Origin: Paraphysomonas bandaiensis
Taxonomy: Eukaryota; Protista; Chrysophyceae
DNA length: 64,000 nucleotides
Direction of reading: 5' to 3'
Assembly: GCA_965644295.1 (NCBI GenBank)
Contig: CBFFRP010000247.1
Coordinates: 106,194 to 170,193, forward strand
Shown: positions 61,557 through 64,000 of the stretch, piece after piece
Layout of the letters: every line of letters begins with the position of its first letter
Numbering within the stretch: the first letter of the stretch is position 1
Notes under the pieces: model-generated
Seen by the model: the letters and a program-made list of their open reading frames with translations, nothing else
What the model was told of the DNA's origin: nothing
Databases searched by the model: none
Position numbers and translations under genes: made by a program

Positions 61557-64000
61557 ATTCGTCATCTTCATTACACAGGTGACATAGCCCTTCCGCTGTA
61601 TGACAATCTTCATACTCGTCCTCTTCAGCAACACATAGATGGAGTCTGGAGAGTGTATCGGCCAGTACATTTTCTTTTCCAGGGATGTGTCTCACCTTAA
61701 ACACAAATGACTGCAGGTAAATTCTCCATCGTATAATTTTGGGTACTTCTGACGCTTCTATCCATCTCAGGTTGTTATGATCCGTCTCCAACAAAAACTC
61801 CTTCCCAATTAGATAGTAAGCCAGTCGTTTGACCACATAATAGATTGCAAAGCCCTCCTGCTCAATAGTGTCCCACTTCTGTGCTTGCTTTGAGAATCTT
61901 TTGGAGATCAGCGCTATAATTTGCTCTTCCTTTGAACCATCTGCATGTGTCTTGATTTGAATGAGAACTCCGCCAACACCTATCTCACTCACATCAGTTC
62001 TTATCACCCATGGTAGCTCGTAATCTGGGTAATGAAGTGCACATGCCTCTTGCAAATCCCTCTTGAAATCTTCGAATTCCTGTCTGTAGTCGTGCTCCCA
62101 CTTTGACTCATCTGACCAGTCGAATTCAGGTTTCGTAAGATCCGTCAAATGTCTAATTTTCTCACTGTAATTTTTCACAAAAGGTGCAAAGAAAACTCCA
62201 CATCCTAATAATGATCTGATTTTCTTGGATCTGTTCCCGGATTCTGGAAAAGGTATCTCAAGTAATGCAGCCTTTCTATCCTCTGTCAACTCAAAGCTCT
62301 GGTGCTTACATCTATAGCCAAAGAACTTGACTTCTCCAAAACCTAGCCAGCTCTTTGCAAACTTGAGAATAACATTGTGTTGTATGCATCTCTCGATGAA
62401 GATTTTCAGTCTCTCGTATGCCTCTTGGTAATTCATCGCCAGAAGCAAAATGTTGTCGAATATCACTATGGCCCACGGTAAGCCTGAAAACAATGCATTG
62501 ACAGTCTCTTGTAAAACTTCAGTAGCAGGACCTATTCCCTCAGGCATGAATCGTGGTTGATATTGACCCCAAGGAGTTTGAATGGATAGCTTCTCCGCCG
62601 TCTCTTCATGCAATGGGATTTGGTGGAAGGTGTTTGTGAGATCTATGTCTAAAAATACCTTGTATCCCATGATACGATCTAACTGGTGCCTAATATTAGG
62701 TATAGTGTAGTTACCGATGTGAATATGCCTGTTGATCTCTACGTAATCACCACAGAACCTGATGAACGGCTTCGTAGCCTTGGGAGCCACAACCAAGCAA
62801 GACGCCCATGGAGATCTACTCCTCTCGTACATGTACCCACGCAGTCTCAAAAATTCCTTTTCTGCCGCCTCCCAGAGTCTTGGGTTTATGGGTCTGGCTT
62901 TGGGCTTGAGTCGCTGAGGTAAAGTGTCTTTGAAGGTGAGTTTTAATGGTTCAACACCTCTGATACCAGTCCATGTCTCTGGTACGAAAACCTTCAAACC
63001 TTCATTTAGTAACAGTTCTCGAACAGGTGTTGCTTTGTCAAAATCTTCAGCTATATGCTCGGGCATCTAATCCTTGAATTCCTGAATGGCTTCTTCTCTG
63101 TTTTTTCCCAAAAACGTGATCACCTCACCAAACTGCACTGGCAACGGAGACATTTCTTCTTCCAGTGGCTCTCCCTCCATACTATTTGACCAGGGATACA
63201 CTATGTTGTCCATTGATGCCAAGAACTGCAACATCTCCTCCTCCGCATCTGCCACGCTCGTTCTAATCCTTCTTTCTGCATTACCTTTTAGACTGTAGCA
63301 AAAGAAGTCCCACAAGTCCCCTAGTATCGCAGGTAACCCAATTATGATCTCATTATCTTTCATGTCCAACACAATAAATTCTCCAGAGTATTCGCATGAA
63401 ACCGCGCTCAGTGAACGATCCTCGAACTTCAAGGTAAGCCTCACCATGATGTCACTCCATGCCACTGTCTTATTGTCTGCTAATCCGACTTTTGTTCTCT
63501 TGTGTATTATGTCCTTAGTATGCATGTGTTTCTCGATATCTCTAAATTTCTTTATGCTGATGTAGTTCGAACAGAGGGCTCCTGTGTCGAACAGTACAGT
63601 TGTCTCTACTCCATTTTCATTACTCAACTCTTTCTCCTGGCTATCTACTACTCCGATTGTTGCTTTTGTGTGAGCGGCTGTCCATAGTCTCCTGCCTACG
63701 CCGCATGCCTGCAGGAAACTTCGCTCCAGGGCCTTTCTGCAAGCCTTCCTACTGTGTGAAAACCTTTCATCTTCAACAGCAGGTGCCCCAGAAAGACCCT
63801 GCAGTAGTCAAGATTTCGTTGGATCACGCTTCATTATCTTAGGAGGTCCCGGACCATCTCTTTCCATCGTCGCCAACTTCTTCATCATCCACTGTCTGCA
63901 GTCCCTTGCACACTTCTCATTGTGACTTCCGGCATATTTACACTGGTCTCCTCGAAAGCACTTCTCATACAAGGCGAAATTGACACATCCCAACCCGGTA
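61557..64000 (-). mobile_element. Ty3/gypsy LTR retrotransposon fragment: gag-end CCCH finger, protease, RT, RNase H (disrupted; continues beyond window)
   Basis: CVNFALYEKCFRGDQCKYAGSH; VLFDTGA; SPWASCLVVAPK..RFCGDY..IN..IDLTNTFHQIPL..TPWGQY..MPEG..IFDN; RTDVSEIGVGGVL..EQEGFAI..ETDHNNL..HIPGKENVLADTLSR. In-frame TAG at 63067-63069; integrase missing. Confidence 0.92.

Overview
Eukaryotic genomic DNA with short GT-AG introns and (TATG)n microsatellites. The gene and transposon content points to a stramenopile, possibly a chrysophyte (inference). Host genes: a SAM methyltransferase, coatomer gamma (COPG), a ubiquitin-like-domain protein, RCL1, a MAP2K-type kinase, an ACC-synthase-like aminotransferase, and an ~11 kb gene for a polycystin-like surface receptor (NHL, LRR, Pro/Ser/Thr stalk, REJ, EGF, multi-TM). 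Mobile DNA: a 10.3 kb Crypton (tyrosine recombinase) composite, a 5 kb nested hAT relic with TIRs, TSD and an empty-site paralog, several MITE families, a Harbinger-type transposase pseudogene and Ty3/gypsy fragments. Three observations stand out. (1) An intronless ORF fuses an AIG1/TRAFAC-type GTPase to an RNase III-like domain; it is divergently paired with an orphan ORF and the pair is bracketed by a 32-bp direct repeat. (2) Two non-autonomous Crypton-like units are stacked at the end of a Crypton through a shared TTTTTC core, resembling a cassette array. (3) A gypsy RT has IFDN in place of YxDD. All calls are from motif recognition by eye; no database searches were run.
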